Below, one piece after another: positions 23,488 through 36,045 of a stretch of DNA of 64,000 nucleotides. Origin of the DNA: Lepidodermella squamata (lineage: Eukaryota > Animalia > Gastrotricha); NCBI GenBank assembly GCA_047495785.1, contig JBLDXI010000010.1, forward strand, positions 1,550,001 through 1,614,000, written 5' to 3'. The notes beneath the pieces are model-generated. The model did no database searches and had not been told where the DNA came from. It saw only the letters and a program-made list of their open reading frames with translations. The position numbers were made by a program, and so were the translations under genes. Within the stretch, counting starts at the first letter, position 1; the number at the start of each line of letters is the position of its first letter.

Positions 23488-24269
23488 TTATCTTGCTGAA
23501 GCAAGACCCAGTAAAAACTGATAACATGCAAATCTGCAGCCGTCATTGTCAGCGTACAAAGGCGAGCCGGCCTTGCCGCCCTAAAATATAAATACAAATT
23601 GAAGCTATGAAGGATAAAAGTGAGAAATACCTCACACAGCGTCGTAAAGTCAGCGATATTGCTAACGCAGAAGCACATGTTCGGACTTGTTAATGAAGAT
23701 GACGTTTTCGCCTTGCAGAGGTATTTCTTTTCGCCCTATTATACGCAAGAAATAAGAAAATCAGGTGAATTTAGAATCATCTAACGTAGCATGCGTCGTA
23801 GCAGCGAGATCCTGATTGGGCGTCTAAAACTGCTCGGGGGCAGCTCAAACTTTGAGCCCTTGTCTGACAAGCGCACCTGTAGTTTGCCGGATCGGAACAC
23901 AAGTACCTAGCATCTAGAACCTGAAACGGATAACCTGTAAATTTTGCGAAATCAACTTTTCGCTAAAATTACTGGTAACGCGGCATTGCATGACGGTTCA
24001 TCGACATAAGTTGCCGTCCCTCTCTATAAAAAAATGCCGAATAATAGCGACATTTTCTCTAGGTTGAAGCTTACATCAGTCATTCCGTCAGCACTGCAGC
24101 TTGCTGTCGATAAACGGCACACGGTTTTCAACGTGGTCGGGTCGTCGCATTGCTTGTAAGTTGGCGGTTTGGGCGTCGAGACAGTTTTGATCGCAGGGTA
24201 AGGCCCGCAACCGAGCACATCTTGTAAGAAAAATACGGTTAGTACTAGGAAGATGCCGTTGAGAACCAT
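23488..24269 (-). CDS. Secreted three-module Cys-rich protein, family member D (5 exons; close paralog of C)
   Basis: MVLNGIFLVLTVFFLQDVLGCGPY..TYKQCDD..VCRLSTASCSADGMTD|RGTATYVDEPSCNAALP|VLDARYLCSDPANYRCAC..SCPR..RCYDACY|GEKKYLCK..MCFC..LCE|..GCRFACYQFLLGLASAR*. Intron positions identical to member C. Confidence 0.85.
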
Positions 24270-25409
24270 AGCTCTTGAGACGAGTGAAAAAAGTTGACTC
24301 ATCTTACGATGCTGAGCTTTTGTTGCGACGTGATAAAACAATAGCTGAGCTGTTTACATCCACTTTTTAACTCGTGTGAGCTCTTTGAAATTAGTTATAT
24401 ACAGGAAACGCGTTTTTACGGACATAACTACACAATTGTTTGTTTCATAATGATGCTTTATTGGCTTGGGTTGAAATTGATCTTAACTTCTGCTGGTATT
24501 GTTTTAATAAAGCCCATCCGACAGAGACCTAGTGCTGTAACGAAATTTTGCTCTCAAACTAAGAGCAGCAAATCTTTCTAACCAACAGCACTCATATTTC
24601 TCAATATAATACACATTGCATTTGAAAGTCAAAGTAAAAGATGCAAACTAAATTTTCCTTTCGGGGCACTGTGCTAAGGTGGATTCAGGAGCAGAGGGCG
24701 GAGTTGTTTTTTGGATCCCAGCTGGAGAAACCAAAAGGTCCCCCTGTTGTTTTTGCAGCCTTCCTGAGGATGAAATCTCTAAGCTCAGCTTTGAATTCCC
24801 TGGCTCAATTTCAACGTCTAGCCTGCGAGACATGGAGAGAAGCTGGTCACATCCGATATGTTCGGTTTCGTAAAGTTTTTTTATTTTCTTGAGGAAATAG
24901 GCCGCCATGTTTTAGAGGAGCTTTGGGAGATCTGGTTACATTTATCGGGATGTAGTCTCAAGGCAGACTCCAGGATTCAATCGACACCCCTGATGATAAG
25001 ACTTAACAAGAATTTCAACTCTCATTAAACTACTGAAGTTCTGATTGTCAAAGCACTTCAATTAAGCTGTTGTAAAATAGCCCATATCCCCGTGCCATTT
25101 CCATATTTTCCGCGTTTCGCTGCGTTTTTGCTTTTTTACCACGGAAGGGATTAAAGCAAGATTAGAACGTAGGTGATGTCATATTGATTGCACGTCACGT
25201 AATCCTTCTCAATTTAACACACAAGGCAAAAAGCGTCCAAGCCAAGAAAAAACCTAACACGCGTATAAACGTCATTGCCATGAAAAAAGTTGACGGCCAT
25301 GACATCATAATTGCTGGCCTAGCCTGTTACAAAACTACGTGAGCATGGCAGCGTTTTCTTAAAGCACATGAGGTAACGCAGCCATTTTCAACTGCTTTTT
25401 CAGTCGATC

Positions 25410-27796
25410 ATGAGTCAAAAAGACCTTCAAGCGGGCCATGTTATCATACCTCATGCGAACAGCGGCATTTCCGCTGGCAATTTCACCATGCTCGGCCTAT
25501 TGGGGTCTGGGGCTTCTGGCAAGGTCTACCTGGCGAAGAAAACTGGATCTGGGGCAGATCAAGGCCGTTACTATGCTTTGAAATCTATGAAGAAGTCCGA
25601 AGTACTATCGAGGTCAAAAGGAGTCAAGCATACGAATTCCGAACGGAAGGTTTTAGAGGCAATCCGAGGCTGCCCCTTTCTCGTCACACTACAATACGCA
25701 TTCCAGACTGATAAGAGTGAGATTTTCAACACAACTTGATCTCTGGCTGAAATATTGAATTTTCAGAGCTTATCTTTGCCTTGGATTATATTGGAGGCGG
25801 AGAGCTTTTCACGCATTTGATCAAGCGCGACAAGTTCACAGTTGAAGAGACGACCTTTTACATAGCTGAACTTGTTGTAGCCCTCTCAGCCCTTCACGAC
25901 CTCAACATTATCTACCGAGATCTGAAATTGGAGAACATTCTCCTAGATAAGGAAGGACATGTGGTGTTGTCGGACTTTGGATTGTGCAGGATGTTCGACA
26001 AGGGCGAAAAGGATTGCAGGACTTACTCGTACTGCGGGACTGTGGACTACATGGCGCCGGAAGTTGCGAACAAAGGACATGGCCATTCTTTTTCAGCTGA
26101 TTGGTGGTCGCTTGGAGTTCTGACCTACGAACTTCTAACTGGTGCATCCCCTTTTACGATAGCTGGAGGTGATAATTCTCAATACGCTGTGCGAAAACGA
26201 GTTATCGAGGGTAAATTCCCTCATCTGAGCAAGAGTTTCCCGATTGCTGTTCGTGACTTCGTTAATGCCTTGTTAATTCCTGACCCTAACAAGCGGCTTG
26301 GCGCTCATGGCTCGGATGAAATTCGAACTCATGCGATTTTCTTTAAAATTAACTGGGCCGATGTGGTAAATCGAAAATTGGTACCGCCTATCGTGCCGAA
26401 TCTTCAAAACGAATGGGACACGTCAAACTTTGACGAAGAATACGGCAGCCAGGAGTGGAGTGGGATTGACTCTTCCCCTGACGTCTCTCATACCTCTGAC
26501 AAGGTCTTCAAAGACTTTTTGTTTGTTGCTCCGGATCACATCGAGGAGAGTGGAGCCGAGCTTGCGCCGAAACTTCAGACTTCGAGCAAGGATTCGAAAG
26601 CCCAGAAAACATCAGGAGGATGGATCGGCGGTCCAACAGAGCGTTTGAAACTTCTTCAGGAATTCAAAGCAACTGATTTCTTCACGAAATACAAAATCGA
26701 CTTTGAGAGTAAGCTGATTGGTATCGGTGCATTCTCAACCGTGCGAAGATGTATCCGACTCGAGGACAGCCAGGAATTCGCCGTGAAAATCACGAATCGC
26801 TGCATAAGGGTTGAGCCGGAGATTCAAACCCTAACGGCATGTCAAGGCCATCCCGGGGTCATCAAGCTGATCGATGTCATGCATGACAAACATAACACCT
26901 ATTTGGTCCTCGAACTTCTCCACGGCGGAGAGTTGCTGTCCCAAGTTCAGAAGAAACACGCCCTACGAGAATCAGAGGCCAGACGCATTTTCAAACAACT
27001 CGTTGAGACTGTCAAGTTCATTCACGATAAGCAGGTCGCTCATCTTGATTTGAAGCCGGAAAACATCATTTTCATCGACAAAAGCGCTGGTTCGCAGTGT
27101 AAGATCGTTGATTTTGGCTTTGCCCATTTCTTAAAAGACCTGCCTGAAATCGAGGCGGATTGTTACACTCTCGAATACGCTGCGCCTGAAATTTTGTTTG
27201 AACACCATTACACCGATGCTTGTGATCTGTGGAGCTTGGGGATCATTCTCTACGCAATGCTATCTGGCAATGTTCCTTTTATTGCTGATTCGCCTGAACA
27301 CATGGCCGAACGAGTAAGGGCCTACCATCTTGAAATGGAGGGATCAGAATGGCGGCATGTTTCGCAAGGCGCGAAGGAGATCATTCGACGCCTTGTTGAG
27401 ATTGATATGAAGAAACGAATGACCATGGAAGAGTTGGCGGATCATTCGTGGCTGAAACAAGAGACCAACGACCTTGACAACCCTCTGCCGCCGAGAGGCA
27501 TGCGAAAATCCGAATCGAAGGGAGCGCTTTCCCGCGCTTTCTCGGCCTTCTTCCACGCGAGGGACAAAAAGAGCGAGGAGAAAGAGGCGCCTATGCCTAA
27601 GGATAGCAATGTTATCCATCGTGTTACGACAGCTCTGACCTTCCGGCAAACATCGAAAGAGAGTACTGGGGCTACTTTTACGATTGGCACTCCAGTGATA
27701 GAAGAGCACGCCCACGAGCATCACGAACACCTGCATCAGGTTGCGACTGCCCCGGATTTGCAAGAACTCGATGAGAAAAAGGAAGATGATGAATGA
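25410..27796 (+). CDS. MSK-type (RPS6KA4/5, JIL-1-like) ribosomal S6 kinase with two kinase domains, divergent
   Basis: N-terminal AGC domain (GSGASGKV, YALK, ERKVLEAIRGCPFLVTLQYAFQT, YRDLKLEN, DFGL, RTYSYCGT) and C-terminal CAMK-like domain (GAFSTVRRC, CQGHP, LELLHGGELL, DFGFA, CYTLEYAAPE). Intron 25717-25766. Confidence 0.92.
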
Positions 27797-28007
27797 TTTT
27801 TGAATTTGACTGACAAATCTGTTAATCCTGTGCTTGATATTATTTTGAAATAAACCGAATGCTAGGAGGTGCGATTCCAGTCTAACAAAAGAGTGCCTTT
27901 ATAATTCAATTTTCCAGAGCTTATTTGCTCTTAGGCAAAAAACCTGCGCTGGCGAAGTATCTTGTAGCTGTGCTTATGCTATACATTCGCATGAAAAGGC
28001 TCGTCAA

Positions 28008-29279
28008 ATGAACGTTGGTTTTTTCATAGGGCTGCTTCCATTAATCGCAGTCGTGCAAGCTCAAACTGGCGCGAAGGTTGAGTTACTTCAAGACGGGCTC
28101 ATTAGAAACTACTTTGACGTGAAATGCCCCCTTGCGAGAGCCAAGAATCTACCCCTGGAGCTTTCGCTACGGCAGCAATGGCAGAGTTTTCCCATCAAAG
28201 TTTCAGCTATTTCACTCATCGTGTACAGAGTGGCTGAAATTCGCGATTTAACAAAAAGGTAAGCAGTTTAAATTCATATCATTCCGTGATTAAAGCCTTA
28301 AATGTATTCCAGCCTAACAATTTATGCCCAGATAATTGTTGGATGGGAATTGCCGATTGACGGGTGTGAAGCTTTCAATGAAACAGCGGCTTTTGGATCA
28401 CCAATGAACAGCATACAACCCGAGTTCGTTCCGACCTTAACCAAGGATTTAACCTGGATACCGACCCTATACCACATGAATGCTGTTCGAAACAACAATT
28501 ACCACTACGACAATGTAAAATCTGTTGAATTCATCGCTGGCGATCTGCCTGTTACTGCAATGGCAAGAAGTGTTGGTCTTATCGACTCGGTCTGCAACAA
28601 CGGCTTCAATTTTCGGTACTTCCCTTTCGACCGACTTGACTGCGACATCACCTTCGAATTTCAACACGAAATGGCTGAGGTTTTGGTCGAGAAGGCCGTC
28701 TATCTCGTTGACGGCGATCTGCTGGAAGCTGCTGAAATATGGGAATATCTACCGCCTTTGAACGAATCAGGAAATATTTTTATAAACAGCAACGTTTCGA
28801 GATACAGCGGTTTCGCGAAATTGACTTCTGTGACCTTTCGGATGTCGTTCAAACGGCGATATTTTTACTATCTTGGGACGCTATTTCTACCAGTTATTAT
28901 TTTAATCTTACTACAGCTTTCCGCGCTCACGATGGGCCCTCATATACCTTTGAGGCCGATTTTTGGTATGACCGTCGTGCTGTCTTATACCAGTATTTTG
29001 AACTTGGTCTACGGAGGAATCCCACGGTCTTCCGAGGTCGTATATACCGCTTTTATGGTTCAGTCAAATTTAGTTGCTGCTCTGATAATCACGTTTTACT
29101 CGTTGATATCGAACACGATGGCCGATTTCGAGTTTTTCAAACGGAAAGTGATTGTCATAGGCACAGATTGGCCGATAACTGTTATAAGGATTTGCGATTG
29201 TGTATTGGTTACCGGTGCAATTATAACGCTAATCATTGTGTATGCTGTTTGCATCGCTCATATAATTAATGAAAGATAA
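28008..29279 (+). CDS. Divergent Cys-loop receptor-like subunit, array gene 1
   Basis: Signal peptide, CPLARAKNLPLEL, intron 28259-28312, WIP, CNNGFNFRYFPFDRLDC, four TM segments, IPRSSE. Confidence 0.9.
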
Positions 29280-29562
29280 CGTGCTGAATTCACACATTCA
29301 GAATTATTTTCAATAAATTTCAAATTTTTGAATGTTTTTTTTAGAATATTACGCGTTTTTTACGTATTATGCATGCATATTATGCGGTGCAGGTAATTTT
29401 TTCCCTCATGAAAAAAACACGTAGCCAAACAAAGCGCTCATATTTTACGCACGAAAGCACACACTCGCATTTATTATACTTGGTTATTATAGCACACAGG
29501 TGAGAAAAATGTGCAGCACTTGGCATTAAAGCATATGCTACATCAGCATATTCCTAACAGCG

Positions 29563-30805
29563 ATGATATCAGTTGTGATACTGTTTTTTCTGCATCTCGC
29601 ATGTGCTGACAAGCCAACTGAAGTATTGCAAGACAAATGGCGGTCGAAATTTCTCGATGATCTCTGCCCGATAGTCAAGGCCAAAGATTTGCCACTAGAA
29701 CTCAGACAACGCGGCTTAGCCAGAGAAATACCAGTAAGAATAAACCGTCTCAATCTTCATGTTTTCCGCGTTTCTGAAATTCGGGATTTGGGCCAAAGGT
29801 TTGAAGAATAAATTTTTCCAGATTCATTTTCAAGTCCTATTTATATCTTATAGTTTGTCTATTTACGGTCTCCTGTCTTTAGCATGGACCCTGCCAACAG
29901 AGGCTTGCAAACCGCTAAATACCACTGAACTGTATGGCGAAAATGCAAATAAGGGTCATGGTTTTGATTTTGAAATCGAGAAATCGAAATTATGGATCCC
30001 AGAAATCTGGCATATGAACGCGCTGAGGAATAACAAATATTTCTCCGATTCTTTACGAACCGTTTGGGTGCTAGCGGCTCGAAGTCCTGTTGGACTTGTG
30101 GCCGAAACAACTGGAATAATCGAATCTTCTTGCAATTCTGGCTTCAACTTCAGGCAATTTCCATTTGATCTAATGAGCTGCGATATTAAATTCGAATTTG
30201 CGAATGACCGGGATGTCCAGGTCGAGAATACTTTCATGACATTGGACGGAATTAACGAGCTCCTAGACCGCTCTGATATTTGGGAATTCTTACCGAACGA
30301 TGATAATAACGCAACCATTGTTAAATCATCACGTTTTGGGAACGAAGAAGTTTTCTATACTGTTCACTTCAAATTATCGTTCCGACGGCGATATTTCTAC
30401 TATTTGGGCACAATCTGCCTGCCAGTGGTAATTTTCGTCATCCTTCAGCTTTCAGCCTTAATCATGATGCCCAACATACCAAACCGGCCTCAGTTCGGCA
30501 TTAAGATGGTCTTGGCGTATTCATTCGTTCTAAATTTGGTCTTCACAGCGATTCCGCGAACGTCGGAGATCGTCTACATGGGCGTGATTGTTCAATCTAA
30601 TTTGATAGCTGCTCTTTTCTTGACCTTCTACTCTGCGTTTTCACACTCGTTCTCGGAGACAGGTCTCGGCAAAATGATACCTAAATTCGGCGATTTCAAA
30701 TGGTCACTTCCTTTCGTGAGAACAACTGACATTATCGCGTTTGCAGTTGCGATTATTGGTCTCATAATTGCTTATGCCGTTTCTATAAGCGTAATTAATG
30801 GATAA
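29563..30805 (+). CDS. Divergent Cys-loop receptor-like subunit, array gene 2
   Basis: Intron 29799-29853; CNSGFNFRQFPFDLMSC; four TM segments; IPRTSE. Confidence 0.9.
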
Positions 30806-31131
30806 AGTTTTGTGACCGAATTGAATAAAAACATTCCAGTGAGCATTCCGGCGCCTTTCGCCTATTAAATGTCATTGGTAGTCTAACCTGGCTTATCTTC
30901 TGTGATTTACAAGCTACTAGTGTGAGGCTTGGTGATGTTTTTTTTCATGCCCACTAGGCTGTGATGGAATAGTAAAAAAACTCAATGGCATGTGTGCATC
31001 CACGGCTTTACGTTAGATGGCATGCCGACACACAGATAAATTATGCACCGAGCCACAAGAGCGTAAAAAAACTGACGCTACAGGTCGAGATGTCATATTT
31101 CACCTGGCCCAGAGCAGAACAATACGCACGA

Positions 31132-32370
31132 ATGCAATTTATTTTGCTTGTTTCCCTGATTGCCCCAGTTTTTGTTAGAGGGGGAACGCCAGTATTGCAA
31201 GATCTACTCACTGCAGAGTTTCTAAACGAAAAATGCACCTTGGCAAAGGCGCGAGACATTCCGCTTGAGTTGAGGCTTCGCGGTCAAGAAAGCTTATTGC
31301 CTATCAGACTTGGTTTGATTCTTCATATCTATCGAGTCGTCGAAATCAAAGACTTGAGTAGGAGGTAGCCGTTACATTTTCCCTACTACAATTGTTTATT
31401 CTATTTCTCGCTTAGCTTGTCACTATACGGTGCGCTGGGAGGATTGTGGACATTGCCAAAAGCAGAGTGTCAACCGCTCAATCTAACTGCTGTCTTTTCA
31501 AAGTTGAACACGACAGATGATTTTAAGGTGTATCGCAATAAGGCAGACAACTGGATGCCGGATATTCTACACATGAACGCCATCAAAAGCAACAAGCTGC
31601 TTTATGACTTGACAAAAGTAATCGAAATGTCAATGGATACAAATGGGCTGAGCGTCATAGCCGGAGATACTGGTCTCATTGAGTCTGTATGCAATGATGG
31701 CTTCAATTTCGCATATTTTCCCTTCGACCGTCTCGACTGCGATATTGTCTTTGAAAGCCACGATAATGATGTAAATATCAATTTCACTACATTCACTTAC
31801 GATGCTGATTCTTTGATTAGCCCAAGTGATATCTGGGAGTTTTTACCAACCCCAGAGAATGCGAGTAACATGACTGTCAAAACGATTACGCGTTATGACG
31901 GCATGGAGGTGACCGCTATCTATTTCCGAATGTCTTTCCGCCGGAAATACTGGTACTTCCTCGGCACTTTGGTCCTACCAATCTGCGTCTTGATCATCCT
32001 ACAACTTTCAACACTCATCATAGCGCCAAGTGTCGCAAATCGGCCTACTTTCGGCATGACCGTTGTCTTGTCGTATTCTAGCACATTAGCCCTGATTTTC
32101 GGCAGCATTCCCAAGTCCTCGGAGATAATCTACCTGGCCGTTATTGTCCAGGCGAATCTCGTCGCGGCTCTTGTCATCACATTTTACGCTCTCGTATCCC
32201 TCACGCTTTCTGGATACGATTTCTTCAAACGGGAAATCATTTTCTGTAACAATAAGTGCTCCGTTACAATAATGAGAGCTTGTGATATGCTTGTTTTGTT
32301 TCTGACTATCACCGGTCTTGTAATAGTTTACGGAATTTGCGCCTCAGCTATAGCGAACGGGCGATCATGA
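31132..32370 (+). CDS. Divergent Cys-loop receptor-like subunit, array gene 3
   Basis: Signal peptide MQFILLVSLIAPVFVRG; intron 31365-31415; CNDGFNFAYFPFDRLDC; four TM segments. Confidence 0.9.
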
Positions 32371-32600
32371 CGTTGTTAAGTTTTTTTGCTTTAGGAATAA
32401 TAATAAAATTGTGGTCCGAGCTATGCAGCTATGCAGTTTTTCGAGAAAGGTGTAAAAACCGTGGGTAAATTCAAACAATAGTGAATAAAGTAACTTTTTA
32501 ATACGTGATGAATAGGGAGAATGCTTCTGCACCCCGCTCTGCAGTGCACTGGAATGCTCGACGCCTGAAGGGAATTCACAGCGAGTTTTTCTGAGCTGAA

Positions 32601-33958
32601 ATGAATTCGATTCACATTTTACTTGCCGTGGTTTTGGTACAGGTGTCAGCGGCTCCGCAAAGCGAAGTTCTGCAGGAAAAGTGGGCATCCAAGTTCTTAA
32701 ACGAGCATTGCACTTTAGCGAAGGCGAGAGACCTACCCCTCGAGCTGAGATTGCGAGGCGAAGAACACCTGATCCCGATCGAATTCACGCTTTATCTCCA
32801 CGTCTACCGAATTTCAGAGATAAGAGATCTGACAAAAAGGTAGGAAAAGATTCTATCGTGGAAAAACTAGCTAGGATTATCCGAAAATTTGAGACAACAA
32901 ACAAAATTAATTTTTTTTTAAATCTGCCTGTCCAGAGCCAAAAGCTTTTTTCACTTTTAAAATTTTCAAAATTTTAAAACTGAATGTTAAAAAAATGTTT
33001 CAGCCTGGCATTGTATGGATATCTTTACGGATCGTGGACCTACCCTCGAGCGCAGTGTGAACCTATCCCCCGACCGTCACTCTTCGAGAATCTCAACAAC
33101 TCAGACCCAGATTTCTACGTTTACCGTAGCAAAGCCGACACTTGGATGCCTGAAATCTTGCACATGAACGCATTACGTAACAACAAGTACTTCTACGACA
33201 TAACGCGAAGAATCGACATCAATGCGGCGTCATCGGTCGACCAGGTTTATGCAGAGGCCGGCGACACTGGTCTTCTTGAATCAGTTTGCAATGACGGCTT
33301 TAACGTTGCTTTCTTCCCATTCGACCGACTCGACTGCGATATTGTGTTCGAAAATCACGACGATGACGTCAAGATTTCGAAAGCTATCTTCAAAGTTGAC
33401 CAAGATTTGCTGAGCCCTAGTGAAATATGGGAATTTGTGCCCACCCCAGACGGCGAGAAAAACATAACCTTCAAAACAGTGAAAAGATACGACGGGGTTG
33501 ACGTTCAAGCCGTGATATTTCGATTGTCATTCCGAAGAAAATATTTGTATTTTCTAGGCACGTTGTGCCTCCCTGTTGTAGTGTTAATCATCCTTCAGCT
33601 TTCAACCCTAATTTTGACTCCTAACCTACCTAACCGACCAATGTTTGGCATGACTGTGGTTTTGTCCTACTCCAGCACGTTAGCTTTGATCTGGAGTAGC
33701 ATTCCCAAATCTTCGGAGATAGTATATGTCGCTATTATGGTTCAGGCAAATTTAGTAGCAGCTCTAGTAATCACGTTCTATTCGCTTGTTTCACTTACTC
33801 TATCTGGCTATGACTTTTTCAAAAAAGAACTTGTCTTGCGGAACAAATCTTACGCCATCAGTGTTTTGCGTGCAATGGATTTCGCTGTTCTTGTTATGAC
33901 CATTATCGGCCTGGTGATTGTCTATACGATTTGCATCGCATTAATTGTAAGGGGCTAA
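32601..33958 (+). CDS. Divergent Cys-loop receptor-like subunit, array gene 4 (closest to gene 3)
   Basis: Intron 32840-33003; CNDGFNVAFFPFDRLDC; TM region nearly identical to gene 3. Confidence 0.9.
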
Positions 33959-34508
33959 GAGGATTGATAATAAAACCAATCTGGAGTAAAACGGGTTTTT
34001 CTTCAAATTAGTATCGATTTTTTGTCGTCGCTGTCATGTGACGAGAGGCGCCTTTTATCAAATTTAGACAATAAATTTGGACACCAACGATTTTATTCAG
34101 ATTTTTTATTAAATCATCCGCAAGTGCCATAAAAATCGGCATTATTGAATTTTTAGTGCAAAACGCGAGGTTAATCGATTGATTATTGTTTTACGACCCA
34201 GCTTCGATTTATAAATCATCATCGTTACTGACCGGCATGAGTTCCGTGATGTTTACTAGGGTTTGCTCCACAAATGGCTCTGACCGTGCCTTGATTGATT
34301 TACCATGTTTACGAAAACAATAACTGCGCGTGGTATTCCCCGCGCAAAAAGGGAAGCGTTCAGCGAGGATACAGCACGAAAAAATGCCGCTAAGATGCTA
34401 TCATTAGACTCAAGGATCTGTTCCTGTTATTTGCATGTGGAAGCGCGGAAGATTTCAAATTTTTTTTTCAAGTAATTTTGAAAATGCTCAGTTTTTAGGG
34501 AAATTAAG

Positions 34509-35796
34509 ATGATTCTCTACCAAGTCACGCTGATTTATTTCGCCACATTCCTTCATACATGCGAAGCCCAAAATGGCTTTACTTCACATCCTCAGCCACG
34601 GAGCAACCCGAATTTACTAAATTTAGATCTCATCCACAAGCAATTCGCAAATCACTGCCCATTGATAAAAGCAAGAGACCTACCTCTGGAGTTACAACTC
34701 GGTCGAATTTACGACGCATTTCCCATCAAAATCAACCTTCAATTCATCGTTTTTCGCATCAATGAAATCAACGACCTAGCTCGAACGTAAGTTAGCCTTT
34801 ACTACTAGCATTTTCTAGCGTTAAATCATCGATTTTAGAATGTCTTTGTACGTTACGATGGTGGCCAGTTGGGAGTTACCTTTCACTGGCTGCAAGCCAA
34901 TCGATTCGAAACTGGGTTTAGGCATCGACTATACGCGAAAACTTCGAAATTTTAAACTGCCTCAAAACAAGTCAGAAACGTGGTACCCGACCATCTACCA
35001 CATGAACGCTCTGAAGGCCTCGAATTTCTTCCACAGCGCTGTTCATTACTTGATTTGCATGCCGCATGAAATACCCGTCCGAGTAGAAGCGGGCGGGACT
35101 TCGATTCTCGAAACAAAATGCCCTGGCGGCTTCAGTTTTTCCCGCTTCCCATTCGACCGGCTTGACTGCTTAATAGAATTCCAACTCCCTGAGACCTCGA
35201 ATATCGTCACAATACAGAGTGTTGAATTCGAAATAGCGGATAGATCGAAATTGATCCCGGACGAAGATATGTGGGAATTCATCCCCAATTCACGTCACAA
35301 TTACACACTTGCGAAAATGCCGAGGGAGGATGGACAGACCTCTGACTCAGTTTCGTTCAAGCTGTCATTTCGGAGGAAGTCGCATTACTACTTCGGGACA
35401 ATCTGGCTACCCTGCGCTGTGTTGATCGCTCTACAATTTGCAGCAATGCTCCTCAACCCAGCTTCTCATTCTCGCCCATTGTTTTGCACTTTCCTCGTGC
35501 TGGCATTCAGCGCACTCCTCGGTTTCGTTTACACCATGATCCCGCGTACCTCAGAGACTGTTTACCTTGTAGTAATCCTACAAGCGAAAATAATCGTTTC
35601 TGCATCGCTTACTGCCTACGCATTGATTGCGGTCACGCTGTCTGAGTGTGATTCCTACAAAAAATCGTTTCTTGTAATAGAGAATGTTACGCTCTCCGTT
35701 ATTCGAGTTATCGACTGTATAGTCATTGCCTTCGCCGGGTTTGTTCTCATAGTCATAGACACATTTTGTATAGTTACAATGCTCCTGGAAAAGTAG
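34509..35796 (+). CDS. Divergent Cys-loop receptor-like subunit, array gene 5
   Basis: Intron 34787-34838; CPGGFSFSRFPFDRLDC; four TM segments; IPRTSE. Confidence 0.9.
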
Positions 35797-36045
35797 CTTT
35801 GTCAGAAAATTAAATAAAAAACTCTAATATGTCAGAGAAATTCTTGTTTCCTTCACAAAAGCATGATCAAAATTAAAAAAATGTTACGATTCCAGTTGAA
35901 CAACGGCGCCCAAATGGTAAATAATGCAGCGAATATTACATTTCGAATCAAGAACTATCAAAAAGATATAATCCAATATCCGGATTTCTTCGATATTCGC
36001 AACTGTTCAAGCGTCAGTTTTATTTTTCATCAGTTTTCTGCTTCA

